A stretch of DNA of 63,214 nt, counting the filler, from Rhabdomonas costata (lineage: Eukaryota): assembly GCA_019059605.1 (NCBI GenBank). It is 37 parts of 37 records of this genome, joined end to end, with 100 filler letters (N's around TTAATTAATTAA, not from the genome) between each part and the next. Parts side by side here need not be neighbours in the genome. Positions count along the whole stretch, not along the records: positions 46,207 to 47,817 come from JAHMHO010012027.1; positions 47,918 to 49,528 come from JAHMHO010012028.1; positions 49,629 to 51,239 come from JAHMHO010012029.1; positions 51,340 to 52,949 come from JAHMHO010012031.1; positions 53,050 to 54,660 come from JAHMHO010012032.1; positions 54,761 to 56,371 come from JAHMHO010012033.1; positions 56,472 to 58,082 come from JAHMHO010012034.1; 30 more parts are not named here. One strand, 5' to 3'. The translations under genes and the position numbers were made by a program. Shown here one piece after another: positions 47,262 through 57,711 of the stretch. Each line of letters opens with the position of its first letter. Within the stretch, counting starts at the first letter, position 1. Under the pieces are notes generated by a model, which did not search any database, was not told the origin of the DNA, and worked only from the letters and a program-made list of their open reading frames with translations.

Positions 47262-48476
47262 GTATGGATTCGTGGGGAGGGCCGCCGTTGTTGTAGAACT
47301 AAAGAGGGAGTACCATGCCGCGGAAGTCCCTGGAATAGTGGCCAGAGTGGCCAGTAGTACAATACCCCGTAGCGCTGTTGTCGGGGCAAGTCGTTACGCC
47401 CGACCAATGGTTGCGGCCCGGGGATAATGGCGAGAATAGAAGGAGCACTATCTCGTATACTGCGCTCCACCGAGTTACCGGCTTGGGACATTGTGAGGAA
47501 AGCTGCTCTACAGCTCGCCTCGAGGTTTTAAAATTGTCGGCACGAGCGGGCGGATGGGTTGGAACGTTTCGATGGGGTGGACGATGCTCCGTGCAGCACT
47601 GCTAAACGTTTAGTTCGAATCAGACAACCGGACCCACTTTTTGGGGTGTTTTTAGAGACCTCTTGATGCTTCATGCTGAGTGATGGTGGATTTCTGTCTC
47701 TTTCTCCTCACTTTTACGGGATGCTGCGTGAGGGGTTTCCACACATTTGACGTGAATTCATAATTCTTGACCTCTTTCCTCAAAGCTTAAAGCCTCCCCT
47801 ACAAAAGAATACAAGAGNNNNNNNNNNNNNNNNNNNNNNNNNNNNNNNNNNNNNNNNNNNNTTAATTAATTAANNNNNNNNNNNNNNNNNNNNNNNNNNN
47901 NNNNNNNNNNNNNNNNNGTGGTGGGGGTTGGTGCGGGTGTACGACGTCATTTGAGCCTTCGCCTTGGCGATCATCTGGGGGTAGCTATTTGAATTTGAAA
48001 AGAGGCGGCCTTCGAGCTGAGGTGCACTGTCAACTGAAGGCGGCAACGCTGGGCCAATTGGAATCGTGCCAGCTCAGTCGCACAAAAAGATGTTGTTCAC
48101 CGCCCCTCGCTTAAATTCGCATTCGCGTTCCAGCAAAACTAGAGGTCATATATCACTGACACTCCTTTGAGCTACCCAATCCAAGAGCGATTCGGTGAAA
48201 ATGTGCTGATTTCCGTGTAGCTAGGCGAAGGAGGTTGATGCAATTGAATGCAGTCGTCGCCCTTGTCGTCGTCGATCTCCACGACTGATTTCTAGAGTAA
48301 ATGGCGGACTGAAGACTGTAAACAACAGCAAATTACAGCACAATAACAAAGGCAACGGCAACATCGAGCATCACCATTTTACCCCAAAGTTAGCAAAGGT
48401 CAAACCAGTACAAAAACCACACGACAAACACCAACGCCAACAACTGCCTTTCCGGTCCCTTCCTCAAATACCTCAC

Positions 48477-48728
48477 AGAGGGCTGGAACAGCAGCTCAAA
48501 CGTGATCCCTGAGATCTCCTCGTGCGCTCGCATGTCATAGAACAGGCTCATCTTCTCCACGGTGGTGCTGTAGTTCAGGATCGACTTCGGCCCGGGGATG
48601 TCCAGCAGCTCGTTCCCCACGATGCGGTAGGACTGCAGCAGAAGCAGCTTCTCGGTGGGCTCCACCAGGCTGAGGAACTGCCCGATGGTGCTTTGCTTTG
48701 TGGAGTTGCGAAGGTCAGCAGCCACATC
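48477..48728 (-). CDS. Exon, unknown protein
   Basis: 252-nt CAG/GT-bounded GC3-rich frame DVAADLRNSTKQSTIGQFLSLVEPTEKLLLLQSYRIVGNELLDIPGPKS... Confidence 0.6.
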
Positions 48729-50602
48729 CTGCAGCACACAAATGAATGCGAGCTTCTTTTGTCATAACAGCGTTTACAATACAGCCTCTTCAAAAATATA
48801 GGACACACAACAAGAAACACAGAACCCGCAAAACGAGAACGAAGGCCTCTGGTGGATCCAGAGGTGTCACAGCAGACGTTCACAATACGGCTTCTTATAT
48901 CTTCTTATATCGCGGAAAAGCGGAAAATCCAGGACGAGTGGGGAGCCGCTCAATGGGGCATGGGCCCCCTTCTCTGTCTCCTTAACGCGTCGCTGCCTCA
49001 CATTACTTTCCCCTGCCTCACAGGGTTGGTGTGCCCCACTGGACTATCTGCGACCGATGGTGTACGCGGGGCCTGGGGAACCCCAGCTGGCTCGTTTGGA
49101 GTTCCTTTCATGGGCGCCCAACCCTAACCCTCCGCACGCACACACACACACACTCGCTGTAAAAGAAGTGGTGTCTCCCCACTTCAGAACTAGCAAACAA
49201 CAACGTCCCGTCCGAGTTACCCGAAGAGTTGGATAATAGATCCAATCGACGCGCAAGCGGCAACCGGTGCAGAAAAGCACTGATCACCAGTCGATTGCTA
49301 AAAACTATTGCACAAAAGCACCTTTGCACCCGCAAAGAGTATGATTTGCTCGCCTCCTCTCCTTACGACTTCTGAGGTCAGTGGACTTCTGCAAATGCAC
49401 CAATTGGGGAAACGAAAAGCCCCGCGCAAAAAAAAAACTCCACCCATCAGTGACCTCCACTGAGCTCTGCCCCAAGCTGTCAACGCTGTTGATGCCGTTG
49501 TTGCCCGTACGCCACGACACCCCCCACANNNNNNNNNNNNNNNNNNNNNNNNNNNNNNNNNNNNNNNNNNNNTTAATTAATTAANNNNNNNNNNNNNNNN
49601 NNNNNNNNNNNNNNNNNNNNNNNNNNNNGTGGTTTTTGTATCTCCACTTCAAGTGCGGCATATCCCTTCAGAGTGTGAAGGCCTTCGTCCCGGGTAAGCG
49701 CAAAAATAATGCGGAATTCTTCTGGCCGTAGGTCGTGTGTAAACAGGACTGCCTCAGTTGGGGGGTTAATAAGTTCCAGCTTCAGGTGCTATAGGTCTGT
49801 CTGTCGGGCTGTATTTATGTACAGCCCGGTAAAACTTACAAAGCCCCCTTTCAAAAAATTGAAAGAAATCTTCCACCCTAACATCAAAGGAAAAGTTCTG
49901 CGCCGAAAGCATCGGAATGCTTACCAAGGAAGAACGAAAAAGCACCGTTATTGTTCTTCGAACGCAATGCTCTGCTGACGATGCAATATTTGTCCGTGAC
50001 ACCTTCATGTGATTTCTTTCCGTTGAAAAATGCTGGTCTCCGAACAGTACCAAGCTGTACTTGTGCGCCTTAAGATTTATCAAGTGGTAAAATTCATCCT
50101 TTCTGCACCTTTTGTTATTGCAGTGACGACGTGGAGAGATCCTCGTGGAGGGCAGCCGGCCGGCCCTGCACCTCCCTTGACAGGCAACGAGTGTCGGTGT
50201 GTGGACTATTTTCGGATTTTCCCTTCGCTCCGTCCGGATTCAGCAGGCGGCCTTTGCATGGTTATTCGTGCACCAAAGACCGTGTATTTTGCGAAATTCT
50301 GCTACGGAGTAACTTGTGTGGGGTAGGCAACATAACTGAGGTGCATAGTCGCCAGTTTGATTACATACAACTGGTTTACACCCCATTTTCCTGCGAGAAG
50401 ACGTGTACGCAGCAAAGAAGAAAACCAATGCTAGCTGGTGTCGTCAACCAGTTTCCATACTTTCCGCTGGTGCTCGGCAAAGTGCTTCTTTCAATTTTGT
50501 GTGATAGGTATTGAGGGATAAATTCGAATGCCATTCATCTGTTGAGTTCATAATCCTCTGTGACTCTCTCCTTCACACACACTCTCCTTCCTTCACGGAC
50601 AG

Positions 50603-51239
50603 CTTCTTGCCTTCCGGGTCCACAAACTACTGTGCTCCTGAGGCTCTGCTGAATCGTTCCCGGAGCTGGTCTCCAGCATCTTTGGACCCGGAGCCCCCCC
50701 AGAAGAAGCCGCGCCAGCCGCTGCGACCTTTCCCTGCCTCACCTGATGCTGGCAGTGCCAGAGAACAGCGTTATTCGGCCATTACTGACCGGCGCTGCCC
50801 CACGGCAGCGTGCCATTTCGATCCAGGGCATCCCTTACGAGGGCCCCCTCCAACTCCACCACCACGAGCACTGCGAATGGGGTTGACGAGAGGTCGGACA
50901 GGCTACAGGCCGGTGGACGGGTTCTGCAGTTCCTCAGGGAGAGGCGCTCCCCGTTGTACAGAAGACCGCTCTTCTCCGTTGCTGCGTGAACCCTGTGAGG
51001 ATTTCCCGCTGCTGCCGTCGCCTGTTTCTCAGGAGAATTCGCCTCCAAGAGAATCCCCAGTGGCGCGGCCTGCTCGGGTGCGCGCGAGTGTGCCGAACAC
51101 GCGAAGGCCTGAACTGGCTTGGCAGCTGGACTCCAGCTGGAAACTGACTTCGAAGAGCTTGGCCCGGCTGGACTCCGTAAACGTGGAGACGGCGCAGGGC
51201 TTTCTCAGGGTGCTGCGCTGCCACCCGGAAACTAACAAG
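50603..51239 (+). CDS. Probable long Pro/Ser-rich exon, unknown protein
   Basis: Long open frame after a pyrimidine tract and CAG; NLS-like PPQKKPR; runs off the contig. Confidence 0.4.
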
Positions 51240-51423
51240 NNNNNNNNNNNNNNNNNNNNNNNNNNNNNNNNNNNNNNNNNNNNTTAATTAATTAANNNNN
51301 NNNNNNNNNNNNNNNNNNNNNNNNNNNNNNNNNNNNNNNGGTGGTGTTTGCGTGCATGCGCCTGTGTTGGGTCGCTGGAGAGGTGCATCTGCGCGCACCT
51401 TTTGCTTGGTCCCCCCCCCCCAG

Positions 51424-52389
51424 GTTCTATGTACAGCGGGGACTTCCACAACGACCTCCGGCACGGCCAGGGCACCCTGGTGCACCCCAACGGGGACGTG
51501 TACGAGGGGGAGTTCAGCCGCGGGGAGTGCCACGGGCTGGGCACGTGCAACTACGCCCACGGGGTGCTGTACGAGGGGGAGTGGGCCCACGGGCAGCCCT
51601 GCGGGATTGGCACAATGACCCACCCCGATGGCTCCGTGTACCGTGGAGAGTTCAGGGTCTGTGTATATGTTTGCATGTGTGGATGCGGTTGATGTTGTTG
51701 ATGTGGCTGGATGCGCAGGAAAGCGCAGAACCAGGAAGAGTACCGAGCACAGATGCAAGTCCCAGGTCGGAAGGGAGACTTGCCGGTCAGCCGAGATGTC
51801 CCAACGGGAGGGTTGCGCGTCCCCAAGAGCGGCGCGTGCGCCGTCGGCTATCGGTCCTGAAGGAAGAGTCGCCAACAGGGGCTTGAGACAGTGAGGCGCA
51901 GAGCGGACAGGGAAGTGTAGGGAAGGTTGTTAGGCCCGATGGGCACATCCCCAACTGAGGGTGGGGAACCCAGGGTAGAGAGAATCGCCAGTCTTTTCCA
52001 GAAAAAATTTTTTCCCTCGCCAAATGCTGAAAGCGCGGTGGGAAGCACTTTGCATCAGTTCGTGTCTGCGCAGTTGGGGCTTGAGCTGCTCAGTGGCCGC
52101 GCCTGCCCATGTGGTGATACTTTTGTTCACAGATTTGCGTCCAATCCACGCCCACGCACTTGAAATGGACGACTGACAACAACCGACAACTATTTCCCTG
52201 TTCCTGCTTATTCGCAGTGTCACGCTGCTTTCTTTCCCAACCCACCCCATTGTCCCATCCCGCAAAATTGCAGAACGGGCAGAAGAACGGCCGCGGGCGC
52301 TACGTCACGGCGTTCTCTGTGTACGATGGCGAATGGAAGGACGACAACATGCACGGCTCCGGCAAGCAGACCTTCTGCGATGGAAGCTG
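51424..52389 (+). CDS. MORN-repeat protein, two exons
   Basis: 51424-51656 and 52274-52389 in phase; repeated YxGx(F/W)xxxxxHGxG motifs (YSGDFHNDLRHGQG, YEGEFSRGECHGLG, YEGEWAHGQPCGIG, YDGEWKDDNMHGSG). Confidence 0.92.
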
Positions 52390-54160
52390 GTGGAGTGTGT
52401 GGGTTTGAGGGACGGGAATTCTTGCGATGGGTACGAGGGGTGGTGAGAAGAAAGTTCTGCGCTTCGCCAGGCACTTTTCCTCCACATCTTCCACCTCTTC
52501 CATGCTAGGTTGTCGCGACCAAGCTGTGCGGTAATTGAAACAACAATTCTAGACAGCGGGAAAAATCGCGAGTTCGAGTATATTGCCCGCGTCACCTCAA
52601 AAGTGAGAATTTTGCTCGCTCTACATTAAAGTATTCGATTTCGGACTTCAAGACCGAAAGCGCGGTCCAAAAAGCCATGCTGTTTCGCTGCCTATTAGCT
52701 CAAAATGAGCCTTTTTTGATGCATGTTTTTGGCTGGGACTGAGTTCTCACTGACTGAGTCCTAACCCCACCCCCCTTTCCACCCTCTCACCGCTTCCTGG
52801 AAACCTGTGTATGTTTGATTCCTCTCATGCTTGTTTCTGTGGTGTCTGGAGGAGTGTCTGTCCTCTCACCATGCCGGCTCTGCAATCGTCGTCCTTCCAT
52901 CCTTCTTTTTACTTTATCCGTCATCCGATTTTAGTCATCACCCCACCCCNNNNNNNNNNNNNNNNNNNNNNNNNNNNNNNNNNNNNNNNNNNNTTAATTA
53001 ATTAANNNNNNNNNNNNNNNNNNNNNNNNNNNNNNNNNNNNNNNNNNNNGGGTGGGGGTTGCATTATGTTAGGGAAGGCGTGCGTTTGTGCCTGTACTTT
53101 TCTCTTTGTGAGGTGTAGCGCGAAAAGGGACGAGATGAGGTTTGGCTCCCTCGTTTTGGGAAGGAGTATTCATTTTCTTGTCTTCGTCGTGTTTTTTGTC
53201 TCCTTTTGTCTTTTGTTGGTGCCCTGTATGGCGTATGTTTTTGGATTGTCATGCGCCGATCCACTCAGTCAGTTGGGTACTTCACTGGCTGTGCTACAGG
53301 CGTTTGCTGGGAGGTGGGACCCAAGGAAAACTGCATCCTCATACCCAGAATGCAAAACCTATGGACCCAACCCGTTTGCGTTCATCCGTTGTATTTTTCC
53401 GACTAAAGCGAGCTTGATTTGTAATGTTTTCGTTGATCCTGTTCGTTGGCACACGTATGGGCAGTGTTGTGCACGGAGTCTGAGCTCACAGGTATCACCG
53501 GAGAGTGAGAGGGTGGCATAGGCAACAATAAGCGACGATGTGGAACTGATCGTTGACTGAAACCAAGGGAAGACCTCATAACATTTGCAGCCGCAGGTTC
53601 CACTGGTCTCGGTGTGACAGGACAGTGCTCGCGGTTCCGTGGCATGGTGCCACGCAATGGGAAGGGCAGCGGATGACCTGTTACAGAGTGGGCGTACGAA
53701 GTGAGATAGCAACCGCATCCCGACGACGAGGGGAAAGCCCAAGCAGCGTGACGTTCCAAAAAGTAGAACGTCGAGAAAATTGGCAAGGTGGGTTGTGGCA
53801 GTGGCTAAGAAAACGCTATAGTGCACGCGGCACGTCTATAGAACTGCACTTGCACGCAAAGATACGCCAACCAAACGTTAACGGACAACTTCAACACTCA
53901 CTCCAACCCCAGCCGGCGGTGACTCGGGCAACGCGAGCGAGCGCTACCTCGGCGCAAAGTTGTCCTGCGATCGTCTTCGAGAGTAAGGTCCGAAACGATG
54001 GCGGTAGAGTCCCCTGCTGAGAGGACACAGCCGAAGTATCCAGCGTCCTTTTCCCTGTGAGTGCTCATCGTTTTCCTTGCGTTTCCATACTCCACGGGCG
54101 TGTGCTTACTTCTGCAGGATTTTGATTTCTTTGCCACCCCAATTTGAAATCCAAAAGAAA

Positions 54161-54660
54161 ATGCCAGGAAAGCAGAAGCAGACGGGTCATCGACGGCGGC
54201 CCCGCAATTCTCCCGCACAAAGTGGGGCTTGGATTGCCTCTCCTACCCACAGACCTTCTACATCAGAGGGTCCTCCGGTTGCGGACGGTTACCCCCACCA
54301 GAGCTCTGCCGATGACCCTTTCCGAGGAGGTTTGGATGTTTATCTGTCCAGGCATTACAGTCAGCCGTGGGGAATGCCCGAGGATTGCAACGCTGAGCTG
54401 TTGCCTGTCCACGCTCCGCTGACACCCTCTTCAGTGAGCGCACCGTTTGCTAACGTGTCTTCCAGCGATTCCGCGGTGATTCTTCTCCAACAGCAGCAGC
54501 AGCAATTTGAGAGACGGCTCCAGGAGCTTGAGCGACGTTGTGCTTGTATTCCCGCGCTGGAGTCTCGCGTGGAGACCTTTAGTCTACGCCTGGAGCAGAT
54601 GACCCGGGCGGTCAGGGAGGCGGAGCTCACGCACCCCGCGGTCGGGTTCCCACCCCCACA
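54161..54660 (+). CDS. 5' part of an unknown protein with poly-Q and coiled coil
   Basis: AAAATG start; open to the contig end; LLQQQQQQFERRLQELERR...LESRVE heptads. Confidence 0.45.
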
Positions 54661-56471
54661 NNNNNNNNNNNNNNNNNNNNNNNNNNNNNNNNNNNNNNNN
54701 NNNNTTAATTAATTAANNNNNNNNNNNNNNNNNNNNNNNNNNNNNNNNNNNNNNNNNNNNGTTTTTTGTGGTTTCGTTTGCTCCGGATGCCTGGAGCTAT
54801 GTCTATGTAGCGGATGTGCTTTCTGTCTGCCGCAGATCTGTCCTCCCGCATCGCTGCGGCGCTGCACCAGAGGCTGGTGCAGCAGTCCACCTGCTTTGAC
54901 GCCGAGGCCTTCATGGCGGAGCGAGACCAACACCAACCTCCGCCTGAGGAGTTGGCTGGAGGCCTGGACTCACAGCCACAGCCAATCGTAACCCCGGTGG
55001 AAGGGTGAAAGCGTTCGGCGGTGGGTGAAGATCCCACATACGTATATCGTCACCCGCCACCCACCCACACACACCACACTCACATCAACACGTATGCATT
55101 TGTGAATGGCATCTGTGCACACGCTCACAAACGTACATCCCCTACACACGTGCACTTGCTGCAATCTTACTCTCTTTATGTAGTGTATTGCAGTGCTGCT
55201 TCCCTGGTTCCCATGTTCAGCTTTCCGTGTTGTGGTTTTCTGGCCGGCCTTGTTTGTGTGTTTCCCGGTTTGCGTGCACCACGTCCACCTACCTTCGCCC
55301 TACTTTCAGTCATCTTATCTTCCTCACGGATTCACTCACAGCTACTTCCATTATTATTTCCATTCCTCATCTCAGCAACTCTCTTCTCTTCTCTGCTTTC
55401 TTCTCTGTTTTCCCCCTGCTCTGCTTGCATCTACCCGACTCTCTCTCTCTCTCTCTCTCTGCCGCTCATCATCTGATCTTCTCTCGTGCTTTTCACGGTT
55501 GTACGGTTGGCGCGGAATTCTTTCGCCCGTGCTGGGTTCTGAGTTCTCCAAAACGCTGAAGGAAACGTGCGATGTTAATAAGTGCCCCTGTCGTCCGATG
55601 TGATCGTGCTCAATGCTTTTTCCTTTTCCTTGTTCTTTTGCATTGGAATGTATGGACATGCCTCCAACTCCTTCACATGGTCTGCGCGGCGAGCACTCGC
55701 GTAGCAGGTTGCGTGTTTGTTGCGTTTTCATTGGTTGAGTCGCTGCAAATGGCTGAGCCTCTATGTCAGATGTGTCCCGTTGAGCTTCCGAATGTCTTTG
55801 GAGTGCATGGCAATGGCACATATTCAGGGCGAAAGAAGACCAGCAAAGGACAAGGATTCCATTGTCGGAAGAGACCACACTTGGGAGTTTGTCTCGCAGA
55901 AGGGAGGATGCATAATCAAAACTGCAGTGCAACGTCACAACTGTGGACAGAACAAGAGGTTGTGTGGAGTGGAATTAGGGGATTGTACAGAAATGCTCGA
56001 AAAGCCTCGAAAGGCAAGAGGGAAAACAGCACTTTATCGGTACCCAGAGAATATATACGCGAGCCCAGGAAAATGGTGGCAGCCAACATTTCAGTCGACC
56101 TGCTGCCAGTGGCAAGGTTTACTCCGCTCAGATTTTTCTTGAAAGTTCTGTTCTTGTGTTCAGGGCATCGTCTTCAATTTGGTAGGTTTCTTTGCATCCA
56201 AAGCTCTCCACGAACAGTACGATGTTCCGGCTTTCAGTATTCCTCCGTGCCGCAGCTGCCCCCTCCGCACGGACCCTGCTGCACTCCTTCGGGCCCTTCC
56301 ACGTCTACCGCAACTCCGACATCCCTGGCTTAGTAGAGGTCGAGCACGCCTCCACACAACCCCCCACACCCNNNNNNNNNNNNNNNNNNNNNNNNNNNNN
56401 NNNNNNNNNNNNNNNTTAATTAATTAANNNNNNNNNNNNNNNNNNNNNNNNNNNNNNNNNNNNNNNNNNNN

Positions 56472-56740
56472 GGTTTTTGGGGTACACTAAATTGACTTTC
56501 TCAGAGGTGATTCCAGGAGCGATATGCTCTGTAGTACTCTGGTATTTTAGTGCAAAGACCTTGTCTAGCGACATCGCTTACTACAAGCAATTCAAACTAA
56601 TCTATGGATCCTTGGCAAGTATCACAGCGTCTCTGATTTTCTTTTATGCCTCTAACCTAATTTTCATATACGGCGCTGCACTAAACTACACCATCAGGCT
56701 GCACAGGAGAGGGCGTAAAAGCAAGTCGGGAGTGGAATGA
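56472..56740 (+). CDS. yihY: Bacterial YihY/BrkB-family membrane protein, C-terminal fragment
   Basis: VIPGA...LW...Y..IYGSLASITASLIFFY.SNLIFIYGAALN matches the YihY motif YGSL...L.W.Y....I.L.GAELN; no introns. Confidence 0.8.
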
Positions 56741-56743
56741 AGC

Positions 56744-57196
56744 ATGACCAAAAAGACGAAAAAGCTAGCAGTGGAAATTGCTAACTTACTCTGTGAGCTG
56801 CCCGAGGTTGTATATCTTTCAGGTGAACTTGGCACCGGTAAAACTACACTCGCTGGTTACAAAATATCGCATTGCATGGCCGAGGAGGTTAAAGTCTTGA
56901 GTCCGACCTTCACCATTCTTAATGTGTATGAAGGCAAACGGGGCCAAGTAGCCTACCATTACAACTTGTATAGATTAGAGAAGCCCTCCGAATTACTAGA
57001 GCTTGGCATAGAGGAGAACATCTCTTCTGGAATCACACTCTTTGAATGGCCCGCCTTGGTAATCAACAAGCTTCCCAGAACTTGAATACACGTGCTAGTA
57101 GAGCTCTGGCTGGGCAAAGAAGGCTCTAGGAAGGCTTGCTACCGCCTCCTCCATGGTTCTGTGGATCCAGAAAATGTAACCCCGGCCAGACCATAA
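56744..57196 (+). pseudogene. tsaE: tRNA threonylcarbamoyladenosine ATPase TsaE with internal TGA
   Basis: LSGELGTGKTTL (Walker A), SPTFTILNVY, YHYNLYRL and EWP; in-frame TGA at 57083-57085, with TsaE-like sequence (IHVLVEL....SR) continuing to TAA at 57196. Confidence 0.85.
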
Positions 57197-57278
57197 CTTT
57201 CACTTACAGAACAGCCCGAATAACTCTTTATCAGGCTGTGTATCCTAGCAAGATTAACTCCTACGCCCCGAAACAGCC

Positions 57279-57450
57279 TTATCCACCGGGGACTTCCCTA
57301 GCACAACCCTTGCTAGTACACACCAGGTACATTTCGGCGGAGGTTTTCCTGCTGGACCGTGGCCGAAACAGGCTTACCTTACCAAAGAGCAATTTACCGG
57401 ATCTGATGAGTGCTGCTTGATCCTCTCCCTGGAAAAACTTGGAAAAACAT
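57279..57450 (-). pseudogene. rlmE: 23S rRNA methyltransferase RlmE/FtsJ, C-terminal fragment (5'-truncated)
   Basis: KFFQGEDQ...LFGKVSLFRPRSSRKTSAEMYLVC matches RlmE K.FQG...F..V...KP.SSR..S.E.Y.V; similarity is lost upstream of about 57450. Confidence 0.8.
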
Positions 57451-57711
57451 ATGAAGATTGAAGCCACATCGGACCCCACGGCGCAAAAACGCGCAATCAT
57501 AAAGTGCCCCATCACAACTGCCATGGAAATCATGCGTATGTGATGCGGTGTTGGTGGTCCGTTTGTTAAGGAAACACTTGTGGAACACATGTATGACTTG
57601 CCACTCGGCACCCGGTGGTCGCGGTGTCCCATTTGCAGATCGAATGTTCAACCGGACTTTGCCGCTGCAGGTAAACGCCGGCCAATGGCCATTGCAATGC
57701 CTCAAGTCTGA
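57451..57711 (+). pseudogene. Degenerate RING/U-box-like reading frame with internal TGA
   Basis: IKCPITTAMEIMRM*CGVGGPFVKETLVEHM...RCPICRS has U-box/RING-like spacing (CPIT...M...CG..F.K..L....CP.CR). Confidence 0.45.

Noticed and set aside
50615-50650. GSTNYCAPEALL resembling a kinase APE motif
   Set aside because: No other kinase subdomains nearby; followed by disordered sequence
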